Assembly: GCA_010015805.1 (NCBI GenBank)
Contig: ML978128.1
Span: 1,054,001 to 1,118,000 of the forward strand
Source: Rhizodiscina lignyota
Taxonomy: Eukaryota
Direction: 5' to 3'
DNA length: 64,000 bases
The position numbers and the translations under genes are program-made. A model generated the notes under the pieces. It saw only the letters and a program-made list of their open reading frames with translations. It did not search any database and was not told the origin of the DNA. Shown one piece after another: positions 34,812-47,120 of this stretch (its first letter is position 1; each line of letters begins with the position of its first letter).

Positions 34812-37008
34812 TTAAAATAAAGCTTCCCAAGACGACCAGTCGATCATGTCCAAGTCGAAGTCCGTTGGCAGTAATTGGGCAGAGTCGGAGCTGAAAGATT
34901 GCGCGACCTCTTCAATTGTCGCGGAAGAGTCAGTCAGTGGCAGATTGAAGTTGTGACACAATTGCCGAATCCACTCAGGGGTCTCCATCGCAATCGCACC
35001 ATGCACACCCGATCTCTGCTGTCGCATTTGAATATCATATTTCTGCCAAGCTGCGACTGTGATGCGTGCGATGAAGGTCACCTCCGGGCGATTCACCGCA
35101 GTCATCAGATCCGGATGAACATCGTACACACGACCAATCAGGCTCCACAAATCCACGACCTGGTGGCCATCATATCTCTGATGCGCTTCAAGGACCAGGT
35201 ACACGACTAGGTCTGTTAGTTTGGCCCGTTCACTGAACCTCATGGCTCGGTGAGCGTATCGAAGTACTTACAGGAAGCCACCTGGAAAAAGATGTCATTG
35301 GCCCACCTGAAGCCAGATAGTGATGGGGTCGTTTGGCTCATGACGAAGTATTCCAAGCTCTTTGAGCAAATCTCAAGCAAATCATCACGCGTTTGCGGAA
35401 GTACTTCAGAGATCTTCGCATTCACAAGTGTTGGTTGTCGTGCGTTGCTGCGAGCTGCGAGAACAAATTGGCGGATTCCGATCTGCGTGTGGACATGTAA
35501 CGGATTGAGGAGCTCGCAATGATGCAAAAATCTCTCTGCCAACATTTTCTCAATCTCATCAATCTTGGCATCCTTCTCTGCAAGTGACAGATGCGGCGAA
35601 AGCATCCAAGCCATGCTTTCAAAACTATCTTTGCTTAGCGATTCGCGACGCATCTGCAGTATGCTGTACCTCCACAGACAAGGCGATATGCTTGTTATGC
35701 CTTTGCGTTCGCCAGGCATGACTTCTGGGTCGGGGCAGAAGTCACCATCTTCCAGGTTCGACGGAATCTTGGTGTCCCAGTTGGCGAAGATCGTCAAGCT
35801 GAGGGTGCCCACCAGTCGCGCGATAGCCAGTTCCATGAACTGCAGCTGCCACCATATACGCCGACGTTCTTCGCTTCGTACAACACTCAGCCCAAACATG
35901 GACCCATCGTGATGAAGACCCATCCGCTCAGCAACGCGACTGGCGATTCCTATGAGCGGATATATGGCTGCGGGCCGCGTGCGATCGCGCATGGCTAACT
36001 GTATGGGCCATCTTAGGACGCAGCGCATGAGTGAAATGCATATTTGAACTCACAATGTACAGCATGAAAGCTTGCAATACACGCTTATCTGTCGTTTCTG
36101 TATATTCCGCTTCTGTCAAGGCATGTTCCAAGCTCCTCTGGCAATGAAGCAGAAACTCATGCTTTGACCCGGATAGGATAGCTTGACATTCCTCGCGTGA
36201 TAATGTCAACGTAGCAATGAATCTGATTCCATTCACTAGTGCTTGCTCTTCGACTGATAAGGCCAAGGCGTCTTTCTGAGCTTTTTCGATCACAGCCACT
36301 ACTTCCCAGTCAAAGAATATCTTGACTAAGGGATGCACATTCTTCAAAAAGACTGGCCATAATACACTCAGGTGGAGCGCTGGCGGTAGGGGTGTGAAAG
36401 AGTTATTGCTATCCAGTGTTCGTCTTTGGTTCAGAATAGTTGGCAGGTAGTGGGTACTGGAAGTCTGAGTGCTCGGTCGATGTGGACTCAATGAATGATC
36501 ATGGCCTTTCCAACTGTACCACATTGGCCTACATGGTGCATTTAGCGGCGCAGCAAAAAAACCGGAATGGATAAGACGGTACTTACGTTTCAATATAAGT
36601 GACACCATCACCATGTGCCAATAGCTCCGATGTCCTCGGAACAGGTCGGTGGACTCTCCTCGAAGGAGGTGATTCATTATTGAGAGGCGAAGAAGTGGTG
36701 GTTGGCTCATTTCGACATGCTCCGTTTATATTTGTGCTTTCCTGCGATGTTCGTACCCCTGAGCTACATGGGCTCTCCGTCTCATCAGCCAGCTTCGGGT
36801 TGCCACCGAGGCTTCGGATGTACAGCTCCAGCTTCTCGATCCGTCCAGTGTGCTCACGAAGAAGCTGATGATTGACTCCACTCAACTCGGGATACACACA
36901 TGTATCCTGTCTCCTTCGCTTGCAGTGAAAGCAGGGCTGAACTTTGTCGCACCGTACTTTCCGTTTTGCGCATGGTATACAGCTAACGGGCTTTTTGCCG
37001 GAGGGCAT
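34812..37008 (-). CDS. Zn2Cys6 transcription factor with fungal-specific TF domain
   Basis: MPSGKKPVSCIPCAKRKVRCDKVQPCFHCKRRRQDTCVY; NVHPLVKIF, AERMGLHHD, EERRRIWWQL; acidic/aromatic tail DLDMIDWSSWE; several introns. Confidence 0.9.
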
Positions 37009-37151
37009 ATTGACGCACACAAGTGCCGCCAGAAGACTATGGCCACAAGAAACGTGCCTGCATGCCTTCACAAGACCCCTTTTCGATCAATCGATGTTTG
37101 TAATCAACATTTATTAAGGGGGCGTTGAGATATTGCTGAAACGCAGATGAA

Positions 37152-37247
37152 GGTGGTGACGGTTAGAGCACTTCGGTCAAAAGCCGAGACTCGAGCTCGG
37201 GACCGACCCGAAATGATCGGCACTATACTACTCAGGTCGTCACCACC
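37152..37247. promoter_or_regulatory. Nested inverted-repeat, CGG-rich element in the divergent TF-MFS promoter
   Basis: GGTGGTGACG (37152) / CGTCACCACC (37238-37247) enclose TCGGTC..GACCGA and CCGAG..CTCGG. Confidence 0.5.
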
Positions 37248-37355
37248 CTTTTATCGTATGTGAAGAGGATACTGTATACAACGAGCTCAGATATTTAATG
37301 TTGCCAATGCCCAACATAGAGGTCAGTAGTGTCATTTCCCTCTCGAAAACCCACA

Positions 37356-39152
37356 ATGCGTTGGTTTAGAACTGATCAATCACACCGTCTAGGTGAAACA
37401 GCTCCTGAGGCCAGCAGTTATGAGCTACAACCCAAGAACGAAAGTGACGATCCCCAACCCTCGGGTCAGAAAATAATCTTGCCTGTGGTTTTTTCATTAT
37501 GCTTGGCAGTCTTTCTCACCGCTCTGGTATGTCTCTGTACAGAAGCAAGCATAGTGATACACCTTCTGACAACTGCTCCAATTAGGATCGAACCATTATT
37601 GGAGTCACAATACCTGCGATTTCTAACCACTTCCAATCCTTCGATGACATTGCGTGGTACGAAAGCGCGTATCTGCTTACCTTTGCTGCGCTACAACTGC
37701 CAATTGGCAAGGTATACGTACGTATACTTTTCTTTCTGCCCGCTCGTCGCTGAGAGCAAGTGCAACAGACCTTTTTTCCTGCCAAATGGACCTTCGTTGT
37801 ACTCGTGGCAATATTCGAAATCGGTTCTATCATCTGTGCTGCAGCTCCCAGCTCCACTGCATTCATAGTTGGACGGGCCATTGCTGGGATTGGCAGTGCT
37901 GGCAACATCACTGGTGCGAATGTCATCCTCGCCGACCTCTTGCCGTTAGAGAAGAGGCCTAAATACCAAGGCTTTATCGGCGCCACATTTGGCCTTGCAT
38001 CTATAGCCGGACCTCTTCTCGGCGGCGTCTTTGCATCCAAAGTCTCGTGGCGGTGGTGTTTCTGGATAAACGCGCCGATCGGTGGAGCTGCACTCATTGT
38101 GCTAATTCTACTTGTACCCAACAACCCGCCGGCGCAGGATCAATCAGAAAAGTCGCTCCTGCAACGAATGAAATCATATGATCCGGTCGGAACCGTACTC
38201 CTCGTACCCGGATTGACATTGCTCCTGCTCGCCCTTCAATGGGGTAGCAATGGCTCACACTGGGGCTCTGCTCATGTTGTGGCCACACTTGTCGTTGGCA
38301 TCATGCTTATACTTGCCTTCCTCGTTTCCCAGATCTGGGCTGGAGAGAATGGGACACTGCCACCAAGGATTATGCGCAAAAGAAGTATTGCGGCAGGGTC
38401 TGCGGTATCCTTGGGATTCGGCTCCACGCTCATTCTTGTGACGTTCTTCCTGCCTATTTGGTACCAAGCCATCAAAGGACTCTCTGCCATTGATGCCGGT
38501 GTACGAATGCTCGGTTACTTCCTCGTTACAGTGTTTTTCGTGATCACTTCTGGAATCGTCGTCTCGAAGACGGGCTACTATACTCCATGGCTTATACTCG
38601 GAACAGCTCTGCTGACAGTTGGCTGCGGCCTTCTCACGACATTTCGAGTCAACACCAGCACAGCAAGGTCGATTGGTTTCCAGGTAAGTGACCTTCCTTG
38701 ACCAGAGTGCGCCAGGTAGGATCGAAGCTAACCTGAACTAGTTGATTACAGGTGCTGGCATGGGCATGAGCCTTCAACAATGCAACAATGCAGCCCAAAC
38801 GGTCTTAGCTCGCGAAGACATCCCCATTGGCATCACGATCATAAACTTTGGCAATTTCGTTGGCGGCACTATTTTCGTCAGCATCTGTCAGGGCATCTTG
38901 TCCAGCACACTTCGATCACAGCTCGTGCAGAAAATACCAGGACTGGACGTGTCATCGATCTCGAGTTCTGGAGCGACAGACTTGTCGAAGCTGGTGCCCC
39001 CGAGCCAACTACCGGTTCTGCAGGCTGCGTACAACAAAGGAATCAATAATGTCTTTTATTGTGCACTTGGGGTAGCGGGCTTTGCGTTTCTGGCGTCCTG
39101 GTTCGTGGAGTGGAAGTCTGTTAAAGGCAAACAAGTTGTCAATGAGGTGTAG
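37356..39152 (+). CDS. MFS transporter, 14-TM drug/toxin efflux (DHA2) type
   Basis: LCLAVFLTALDRTII (spliced), WYESAYLL, FIVGRAIAGIG, GPLLGG, WRWCFWIN, LPIWYQ, EWKSVK. Confidence 0.92.
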
Positions 39153-39724
39153 CTGCGACAAGCGAAAAATAGGGGTGGCCTACAACATCTTCAGGCTCTC
39201 CAGCAGGTAATCAGATATCTGGGTCCATCCATCTACCCTAGCTTTTCCCCACGAAAGGCATCCATGTACTCATTTGATCATTCTAGACTTAATAATTAAT
39301 TAGACAATAATCTTGAGCGAAGCTCATACGATTGGTAGAAGCCGCATTTAATGTATGCGAAAGTTGCTAGAATCTTGGCATCGCCCCCGCAGAAAACACC
39401 GGCGGATAGACCGGAATGCAAATATTGCTCACATTCAACAGCAAAAAGTATTAGTCTTATGTGTCGAGTCATTTATTTCAGGTTACATCAGCTATGTACC
39501 CCAAGTGTCTTAATTAACAACCATTAAGGAAAGTCGAGAACCGAAACCTGGTCTTGCTCGACACATGCACAGAGACAAAAAAACAAGCATATCACAACCA
39601 GCGCCGATGGCAATGCGAGGCGACTTTTGTTGCTAATAAATCCATTAACCCGTTGCCATGATTAGAAACACATAGAAAGCAAGAACGCAGGTCCAGCCGT
39701 CATGATAACCCATCCACACTTGCT

Positions 39725-41866
39725 CTACAGAGCAAGGGCGAGACCAGCGATGACGAGACCACCGAAGGAACCAGCAGCCATCTTGTTGGCAGCACCAGTG
39801 AACTGGGCTGGAGAAACCGATGTTCCCTTGGGGACATAGGTGGTTCCGAAGCCTGCACTTGGGCTAGCTGGGGCAGCTGGGGCGGTGTAGACGCCAGCGG
39901 CCGAAGTGGCAGGAGTTGGTGCAGCTGGGGTGGCTGGGGGTGCGCCATAGGCAAGGCCACCAGCGCTGGAACCAGTGCCAGAGGTGGGGAACACCTGAGG
40001 AACGGTGTAGGTGGTGACGCAGACCGTCGGGCTGGAGCTGGAAGGAGCAGTGAGACCAGCAGATACACCAGTGCTGTAGGTAACAGGGACGGTCAGCGTC
40101 TTGGAGATGGAGATCGTGGTGACTGGGCCTGCGGGAGAAGAGTAGGCGGGAGGAGTAACCGGCGATGCGGGCGAAGAGTACGCTGGAGGCGTAACCGGGG
40201 ACGCGGGAGAGGTGTAAGCAGGAGGAGCAGTGCACTTGGTGCAGAGAGTGCTCGTGGAAGTAATGTACATGGTGGAGACGGAAGGAGTCTCGAGCGTGGT
40301 GGTGATCGTGCCAGAAGTGACGGTGTGGCCAACCGGGCAAGTCGTCAGGGTATGGGTGACGAAGACAGTGGTCTGAGTCTCCGGGTACGAGGTTGGGGTC
40401 GTAGCAGTGACCGGGGAGTTGGGAGTCGACGCGGGGGTAGAGCCGGTAACAACTGGGCTTGATGAGTTGGCCGGGCTGGACGGGCTAGACGGGCTTGAAG
40501 GCGAAGGGCAGTTCATCGCAAGACCGTAGTTGTCTCCGACATACTCGGAGCAGATACCCAGAAGGTAAGAAGCAGCCTTAGCAGCCTCCTCCTCATCGGC
40601 ACCATAGGAGGTCAAGCAGCTGCAGACCTTGGAGGCAAAGTCAGGCTGCTTGCAGTAGCATGCATAGTCGCCGTTATCCTTGCAGCCAGTCTGGAACATC
40701 CAGGTGTTCAAGCACTTGGGGAGAACGCTTGGGCAAGACGAGGACGGAACTGGAGAGTAGGAAGTCGAAGACGAGCTGGAAGTAGCCGAGACCGGGCTGT
40801 TGGGAGTCGAGCTTGGGCCAGTCGAGAGCGGGACGCTTGAAGAGTAGACTGGAAGAGATGGGCTCTTCGATGGAGAGGAGTAGACTGGGATAGATGGCGA
40901 GCTGCTGGATGACTGGCTGACAGGGCTGTTAGGAGTCGAGCTTGGTCCAGTGGACAGAGGAACGCTGTGCGAGTACACCGGGATGGAGTGGCTCTCAGAT
41001 GGCGAAGAGTACACTGGGATCGAAGGCGAGCTGCTGGAGCTGGAGCTGGAGCTGGAGCTGCTATGGGTAACCGGGCTGTTAGGAGTCGAGTTCGGGCCAG
41101 TCGAGAGCGGCACGCTCGGCGACGAGTACACAGGAAGAGATGGGCTCTTCGAAGGAGAAGAGTAGACCGGGATAGAGGAAGAGCTGGATGGAGTGCTGCT
41201 TGGGATAACCGGGCTCTCAGAGGTAGAGGAAGTGGTTGGGTAGTAAGGTGTCGACGAGGTTGTAGACACATATACCGGAGTCGAGGTTGCCGGGACTGTG
41301 CTCGAAGCGCTTGAGCAGTCGAAGCCAACACTGTGGACGGAGACCGAGCATGACGTGGTGGCAGTGTGGGGGAGCTTGATTGATACACTCGTAGCACCAC
41401 CGCACTGGTCGTTCTGCACAATGTTGCCACCAGCTTTGCATGGGGAAGTATGACTGCAAGAGCCACCACCGGGCATCGCGTAGTTGAACTCAACATCCTG
41501 ATCGTGCTCAGTCGAAACATGCATCTGGTTGATGGAGAAGCCCGGCTGGTCATCAGAGCAGCCAAACGAGGGACCGCCAGCACTGTGAGCAGAGCCGGCA
41601 ATGCAGTTGCCGCTGAAGCCGTCGCGCTTGGTCAGGTCACGCTTTGCAGAGCCCTTCTGGCAAGTGAAGCCATCGAAGTTGTGGTTGTTGTAGGAAGAGA
41701 AGCTACCCTGCTTCAAGCTGCTGAAGTCCCAGCCACTCTTCTGGTTATCGTCACACTGGTTGTCTGTGTTGGCAGGGCAGTTGAATTTGCTGTCATCACC
41801 CCATCCGGTAGCAAGAGCCTGCTGGGCGGCCAGCACGCCGGCAAGAAGAGTAGCGGCGGTCTTCAT
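39725..41866 (-). CDS. Secreted GPI-anchored CFEM-domain Ser/Thr/Pro-rich cell-wall protein (Mad1 adhesin-like)
   Basis: Signal peptide, Cys-rich N-domain (CPANTDNQC), tandem repeats, CFEM-like CPSVLPKCLNTW...C..D..CYC, C-terminal FTGAA plus hydrophobic GPI tail. Confidence 0.85.
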   Translation of the reverse strand: MKTAATLLAGVLAAQQALATGWGDDSKFNCPANTDNQCDDNQKSGWDFSSLKQGSFSSYNNHNFDGFTCQKGSAKRDLTKRDGFSGNCIAGSAHSAGGPSFGCSDDQPGFSINQMHVSTEHDQDVEFNYAMPGGGSCSHTSPCKAGGNIVQNDQCGGATSVSIKLPHTATTSCSVSVHSVGFDCSSASSTVPATSTPVYVSTTSSTPYYPTTSSTSESPVIPSSTPSSSSSIPVYSSPSKSPSLPVYSSPSVPLSTGPNSTPNSPVTHSSSSSSSSSSSSPSIPVYSSPSESHSIPVYSHSVPLSTGPSSTPNSPVSQSSSSSPSIPVYSSPSKSPSLPVYSSSVPLSTGPSSTPNSPVSATSSSSSTSYSPVPSSSCPSVLPKCLNTWMFQTGCKDNGDYACYCKQPDFASKVCSCLTSYGADEEEAAKAASYLLGICSEYVGDNYGLAMNCPSPSSPSSPSSPANSSSPVVTGSTPASTPNSPVTATTPTSYPETQTTVFVTHTLTTCPVGHTVTSGTITTTLETPSVSTMYITSTSTLCTKCTAPPAYTSPASPVTPPAYSSPASPVTPPAYSSPAGPVTTISISKTLTVPVTYSTGVSAGLTAPSSSSPTVCVTTYTVPQVFPTSGTGSSAGGLAYGAPPATPAAPTPATSAAGVYTAPAAPASPSAGFGTTYVPKGTSVSPAQFTGAANKMAAGSFGGLVIAGLALAL
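40790..41180 (-). repeat. Three ~40-45 aa intragenic repeats (SIPVYSSPS..S.PVYS..VPLSTGP.STPNSPV)
   Basis: Visible in protein and DNA, separated by poly-Ser (GAGCTG)n tracts; boundaries approximate. Confidence 0.85.
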
Positions 41867-44407
41867 GTTGGAAGTGTTTGAATAGATTCAAGTATTAAGT
41901 GAGTGTGGTATGAAGCGAACGTAATATAGAAACGACTGTGCTCCGCGGAAGGAGAAACGAATGATGGAAGAACCACACCTTTTGTTGACGAAAAGGATGG
42001 GAAATGAGATGACGGTCGAGAGAAAGAAAGAGGTCGAAGTTGTACAGCACTTACATACATATATGCGCGGTGTGTTGAGACATCGACTGTTGACCTGTGC
42101 CATGTGGACCACTCGGAGCCTCGAACGCGAGCAGTCACTGACCCACCGTGCAAATTGTGAATGCCTGATTCCTTTGTTGAGCTTTGTGCGATTTGTGCAC
42201 AGCATGGATGGCTCGTGTGTTGCTTCGATCAGGGGAAATAAAGAATCGATTGCCTCATGGAAACGATGTTCTTCGAACCGGCGCAGCATGAAACAAACAC
42301 CCCATGGAAACCTGGTCAATCCTGGCCGCGCTACTGCAAGGAACAAAGCCAGCCAGCCAATCATCCCAGGGTCTCCTGAGCAGTGGGCCGCAGTGGCTGT
42401 CGCCGCCGAGACTTCATGCCGCCGCCATCCGCGCCAAAATGACCGGCATAAAGGCCTCAAATGTGGGGACGGGCACACGGCGTTGCCAGCACGTCCAGGA
42501 TCAATAGATCGACGTCCATTGTGGCATTGACTTCCGCATAGGCCTTTGCAGAAGTAAGGAGCAGCCGAAGTCACCGAAGTCGTGCAGCAATACTTGTCTC
42601 GTTGAACAGATATTGACTGGCTCCCAAGAGTAGCACATGTAAGCGCGCACAAAAGGAGAGATACGAAAAGGCTGACACAGACGAATATCGAAAGGACCGA
42701 ACGAGAGGCCAAAAAGACTCGCCGCGACCCGCTGAGCTGAAGCGCTCAGGCGCTGAAAGCCGATGGCGGCTCACGCTGCGTTTGGGCCCGCACGTGCGCA
42801 CCGCGTTTCGAAGGGATCGTGGGACGATGGATCGTGCTGACGAGCGTGTAGCCTCGCTACGGTTTGTTCGACTGTTGCGATGTTTCATAGGAACGGTGTG
42901 GATGAAGGAGGGCCAGGGATTCGGCGTTGCCAAAAGGGGCCGCGGGGCTGAGCCAGTCAGTGCCTGCGATGCCAAGCCTTCGACGCTCCGCCGTGCCGGA
43001 ACCCAAGGAGGAAGTGCACCGAAACAACCTGCGGCCAATTGCATGAACATCAACAGCCACACGCTCTTTCTCTCACCATCAAATTTCGGCGCGCGTACGA
43101 GATGCTGTGATGCACTTCGCAATGACCATCTCTCTTCTGCTAGTTTGCTTTTACCCACGCCCTCCACACGCCGAGCTGAGCAATGCCTATAGACATTGCA
43201 CAAAATCCCATGCTTGGGATCGTCTTACCCTGATGTGAGCGAGCAATTTCCCTCTGATGCGGGCAGACTTTAGACAGCTCAGCAGAAACGACTCGTCTAG
43301 TAACTAGTTCTTCTGGGTATGGTGTAGGTAGATCATGGACGCCATGCCGTTTCTTTTGCCCTTTTCCTTACCTATTCCATGGAGTCATGTCCTCTCCGTT
43401 CAAATCGTTAGCTGCATTGTCTGCGTGTAGTGGGTTACCAAGATCCGCATATGGCCCGTCTCCGACAGACCATCTCATGATTGTGGGATGATTAACGTCA
43501 TACTGCAGTCTGAGTTTGGCCTAGTTACTGATCCCCTTTTCCGTATTTCGCCTCCCAAGTTTGAAGAAAGAAGGACTGTCGGCAATGTGTTCCTCTTCGA
43601 GAAGAGCGCCAAAAATATTCAGAGCCCAGATTCAGTGCACTGGCAGATTCGGTCTCTTCGAACTGGCTAACTAGTACTTTGCGGTCAATAATATGCACCA
43701 AAAAGAGCCACAGATCTTAACGAGTTCAAGTAATCTTGTCAATATAAGTCTCGCTAACACCCTGACTATTCGACAAGTACATTCCGCTACGAGCATCTCG
43801 AATTGTACTTCAATAATGTATCTTAAAACGGACAAGTAATCAATCGCATGAGAGAATTCCCCAAAGAACTCTACTTGCAATGTAAGACAAACACAGGTGA
43901 GCTCGTGGAAGGAAGACAACTTCTGAGGCTATCATAATGATGCCCTCAAGGACTATCCCACTAACTCTAGAGACTGCTGCTTCGTATTGGCGAGAAAACG
44001 TTTATATGGACCTGGATAATGAATTTTCATCTTGTTAGTGTGTTCATGAGGTACCTAGGTATCTTAAAGCGGGTGGATCTTCAACGTCGATGTTGTGAGT
44101 TCCTTGCACTTCCTGGGCGCTCCTGTAATAAGAACCGTACGTAGTGATCTTCAAGGTCGTTGGGAACTCTATAGACTTTCCCAGTCGGTCCAAGACCGAA
44201 GTTTTGACTGCGATGAATTATTGTTGGCGAATGCCCTGCTGCCAGAACACACTAGGTACGAAGAAACGCCACGACGTCATTCAAGCGTGCACGCGACGTC
44301 CGCTCGCCCAGCTGCAGCTTCTTCATAAGCACTCCACAGGCGAAAAATTTCCGCAACAAGCCGCAACATTGTTGATACCCCTCCAACGGTAATGAAGGTG
44401 GCTCAGA

Positions 44408-46543
44408 ATGTCCTTTGTGACAGAGTATGTCTTTTCGTGCGTCAATTGGATGTCCTTATGCTAACAGCAGCCGAAAAGCCAAGTCCGTCGCATCGACGCG
44501 CTCCTCGATCGATTGCAGCTCTCCCGGCCTACCACTCCAAGTGCAGATGATGAAGAAGCACAGGCAGTCAGGAGTGAATTAGTAGAGGACAGAGAGAGGA
44601 TTGTGCAGCTCCAGTTCCTAATCAAGTTGATATCGCCCCCTCCGTCTGCGAAATCTGCTCTCGTACCGCTATACCTCGTCCGTTCTGCGCTGTCGCAATC
44701 CCGCTTGACACAGTCTCGAAGCATCTTAACCCCCGGAATACAGTCGAGAGAAGGTGGTGAACATGGAGAAGCACAAGACACCTCATCTCCATACGAGCGC
44801 GATCTGGAATGGGTCCTCATGTCCAAAGCTACCACCCAAATATACGGTCAACTCCTTAACCTGATACTAGAACAAACGATACCTCTTAGTTACGACATAG
44901 ACTATTGGGACAGCGTTCTGAACTCCTACCGGTACTCTGCGCTCTATTCAATACAGACTTCTCCTCTGAGGCTATGGGATTTTGGGCAAGAGGTCTACAG
45001 AGACGTGCGCCAGCGCGCGGGCGTACAAGGCATCACTGAAGGGGTAGAGGGGAGTTGGCGGCAGTTTTATGCATTGGTCAGAGACGTCGTCAGGGAGAGG
45101 AGCGTGGAAGACGTGCGGCGGAGAGTCGTGAGTCCGCTTGCACGGGTGCGGACAGAGTGTCGGAAGAAGCGGGACGCACTGAGGAGAATCCGTTCAATGA
45201 ATGCGAATGCATTAGGTGTGCTTCTTGGGGAAGGTCTGAGCAATCGGACCATGCATGAGAAAGGCATCGCGACGCCGATGACGCCGGAATTTGGCGTAAG
45301 TGACGAAGACTTTGACGAAAGGAGGGACAAGTGGAGAGGAACCATTGTCAAGAGCATTGCATTGATGGATGCCGTGCTCGCAAACGTGAATGAGGAAGGG
45401 ATGACAGTGGATGCATTTGATCCAGCTGTTGGAGCTGCCACTGATGATGATCGGTTCTATCGCAGCAGCGATGCGTCGATCTCGTCACTGGGACCGCAAG
45501 AAGTAGCAGAGAGGCTGCATTTACTTCTAGAGACTCGACTACCGAACTACCAAGCGAGCTTTGAAGAGCAAGTCAAGATACACGGACGACCGTCACGGCT
45601 TATCCGGTATTGGTTTCCAGCCACGGTACTCCTGCTTTCGTCCGGGACGATCCTGCGAATCTTGGTCAATCGTAAAGAGGAGATACTGACGTGGGTGCGT
45701 GACTTTGGTGTCACGGTCCGCGACTTCTGGGCCAATTGGGTAGTCGAACCCGCACGGAAGATTATTGGGACAATAAGGCACGACGAAGGATCCGAAATAT
45801 CTATTATGAGCAAGCGTAGCCTCGAAGGGGATCGTGAAAGTCTGGAGAGAATGGTCGTCGACTTTGCAGTACAACATCCTGAGAATGGAAGCCTGAATGA
45901 AGCGCAGATCGCCGACATAAGATCAAAAGTGAAGGAGGGCGACTTGACCCCCGTACTGAAAGCATATGAGAAAGACATGCAGAGTCCCTTCTTTGGCGTC
46001 GTCCGGGGAAATTTAATCAGAACTCTCCTCATACAGGTCCAGAAGACCAAAGTGGACGTCGAAGTAGCAATGGGAGGAGTGGACGAGCTGTTGAAGAGCC
46101 AGGAGCTTCTCTTTGGGTATGCTTGATCGTCCTCTGACTCCAACTTTAATTTCTTGCTAAACTTTGATAGTTTCATTGGCCTCACTCCTGGCTTGCTCGT
46201 ATGTATTGGCACCATTCGTTGGCTAAACAGCACCTTTGGCAATCGGAAAACCACTCAATCAGGGAGACAAACTGGCAAGCTACTTCATGGAATACGCAAC
46301 ATAGATCGCGTTTTGACATCCGCGATACCGACCGACTTTGGAGAACTAATGTACAAGGACCAAGGTCTCTTACTCTGCGATGTCCATCTGCTAAGGCAAG
46401 ACGCCGGCAAAGTAATGCCGAAGCAGATCTACAGGGACTTCTTGGAAGACGTCGATGAGCTTGTGGACGTGCGAATAGGCGTGAAGAAGCAGCAGAAGAT
46501 AGTAAAGAGAATCAGATGGGCGTACGCGAAGTGGATACAATAA
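44408..46543 (+). CDS. NCA2: Nuclear control of ATPase protein 2
   Basis: MSFVTD-QVRRID; Y..QTSP.R, RPSRLIRYW, SLERMVVDF, L.IQVQKTKVD, LLKSQELLFGF, GLLL; two introns. Confidence 0.9.
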
Positions 46544-47120
46544 AGACTTCATGCAGGACCACTACTTTAAGCCTTTGATATTTTTAACCAGAAACACAGC
46601 TAGTGGTACACGTATCTTACTCCGAACCATCTCAAGACTATAAGTATTGCCCATAATTTTGGCTGTTCGGCGATGACGCGATTCGAGCTTATCCACATCC
46701 TTCGATCTCCGGCATTTGGCACACCTGCCCGCACCAATGCACTATGATTCTTCAATCCAACTTCATCAAGTTCCCCCGCCAGGCTCATCAATAACAGCCG
46801 CGGAATTGACCTTCGTCCCCGAGCTTCATTCACGATAGTCAGTCTCCGCCGTTTCCGTTCCCGGAAGCAGGCAGCCGATTCAATTTTCTGGTGAATACTA
46901 GCGTTGATTGGCCTATTCGGACGAAGATATACTCCATACGAGTGACGTGATGCGCACGATTCATATACATGCTTCAACAGGCTCTTAATCCTAGGTAAAG
47001 GTAAAGAGTTAGGTTAAAATGCTGCGTGCCAGCTTCTAAAACTTCTTTTCTTCTCCCTCAACCTGATCTCATATCAGGTCTTGCTCCAGAATCACCCTTT
47101 CAGCACTTACCAATTCCACC

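Noticed and set aside
12207..39152. Possible secondary-metabolite gene cluster (TFs, SDR, reductase, GNAT, MFS)
   Set aside because: No PKS, NRPS, terpene synthase or RiPP precursor, and the genes are interleaved with housekeeping genes.
41888..43203. Long ORFs (274, 189 and 210 aa) upstream of the adhesin
   Set aside because: Overlapping, motif-free and non-protein-like in composition; most likely promoter sequence.
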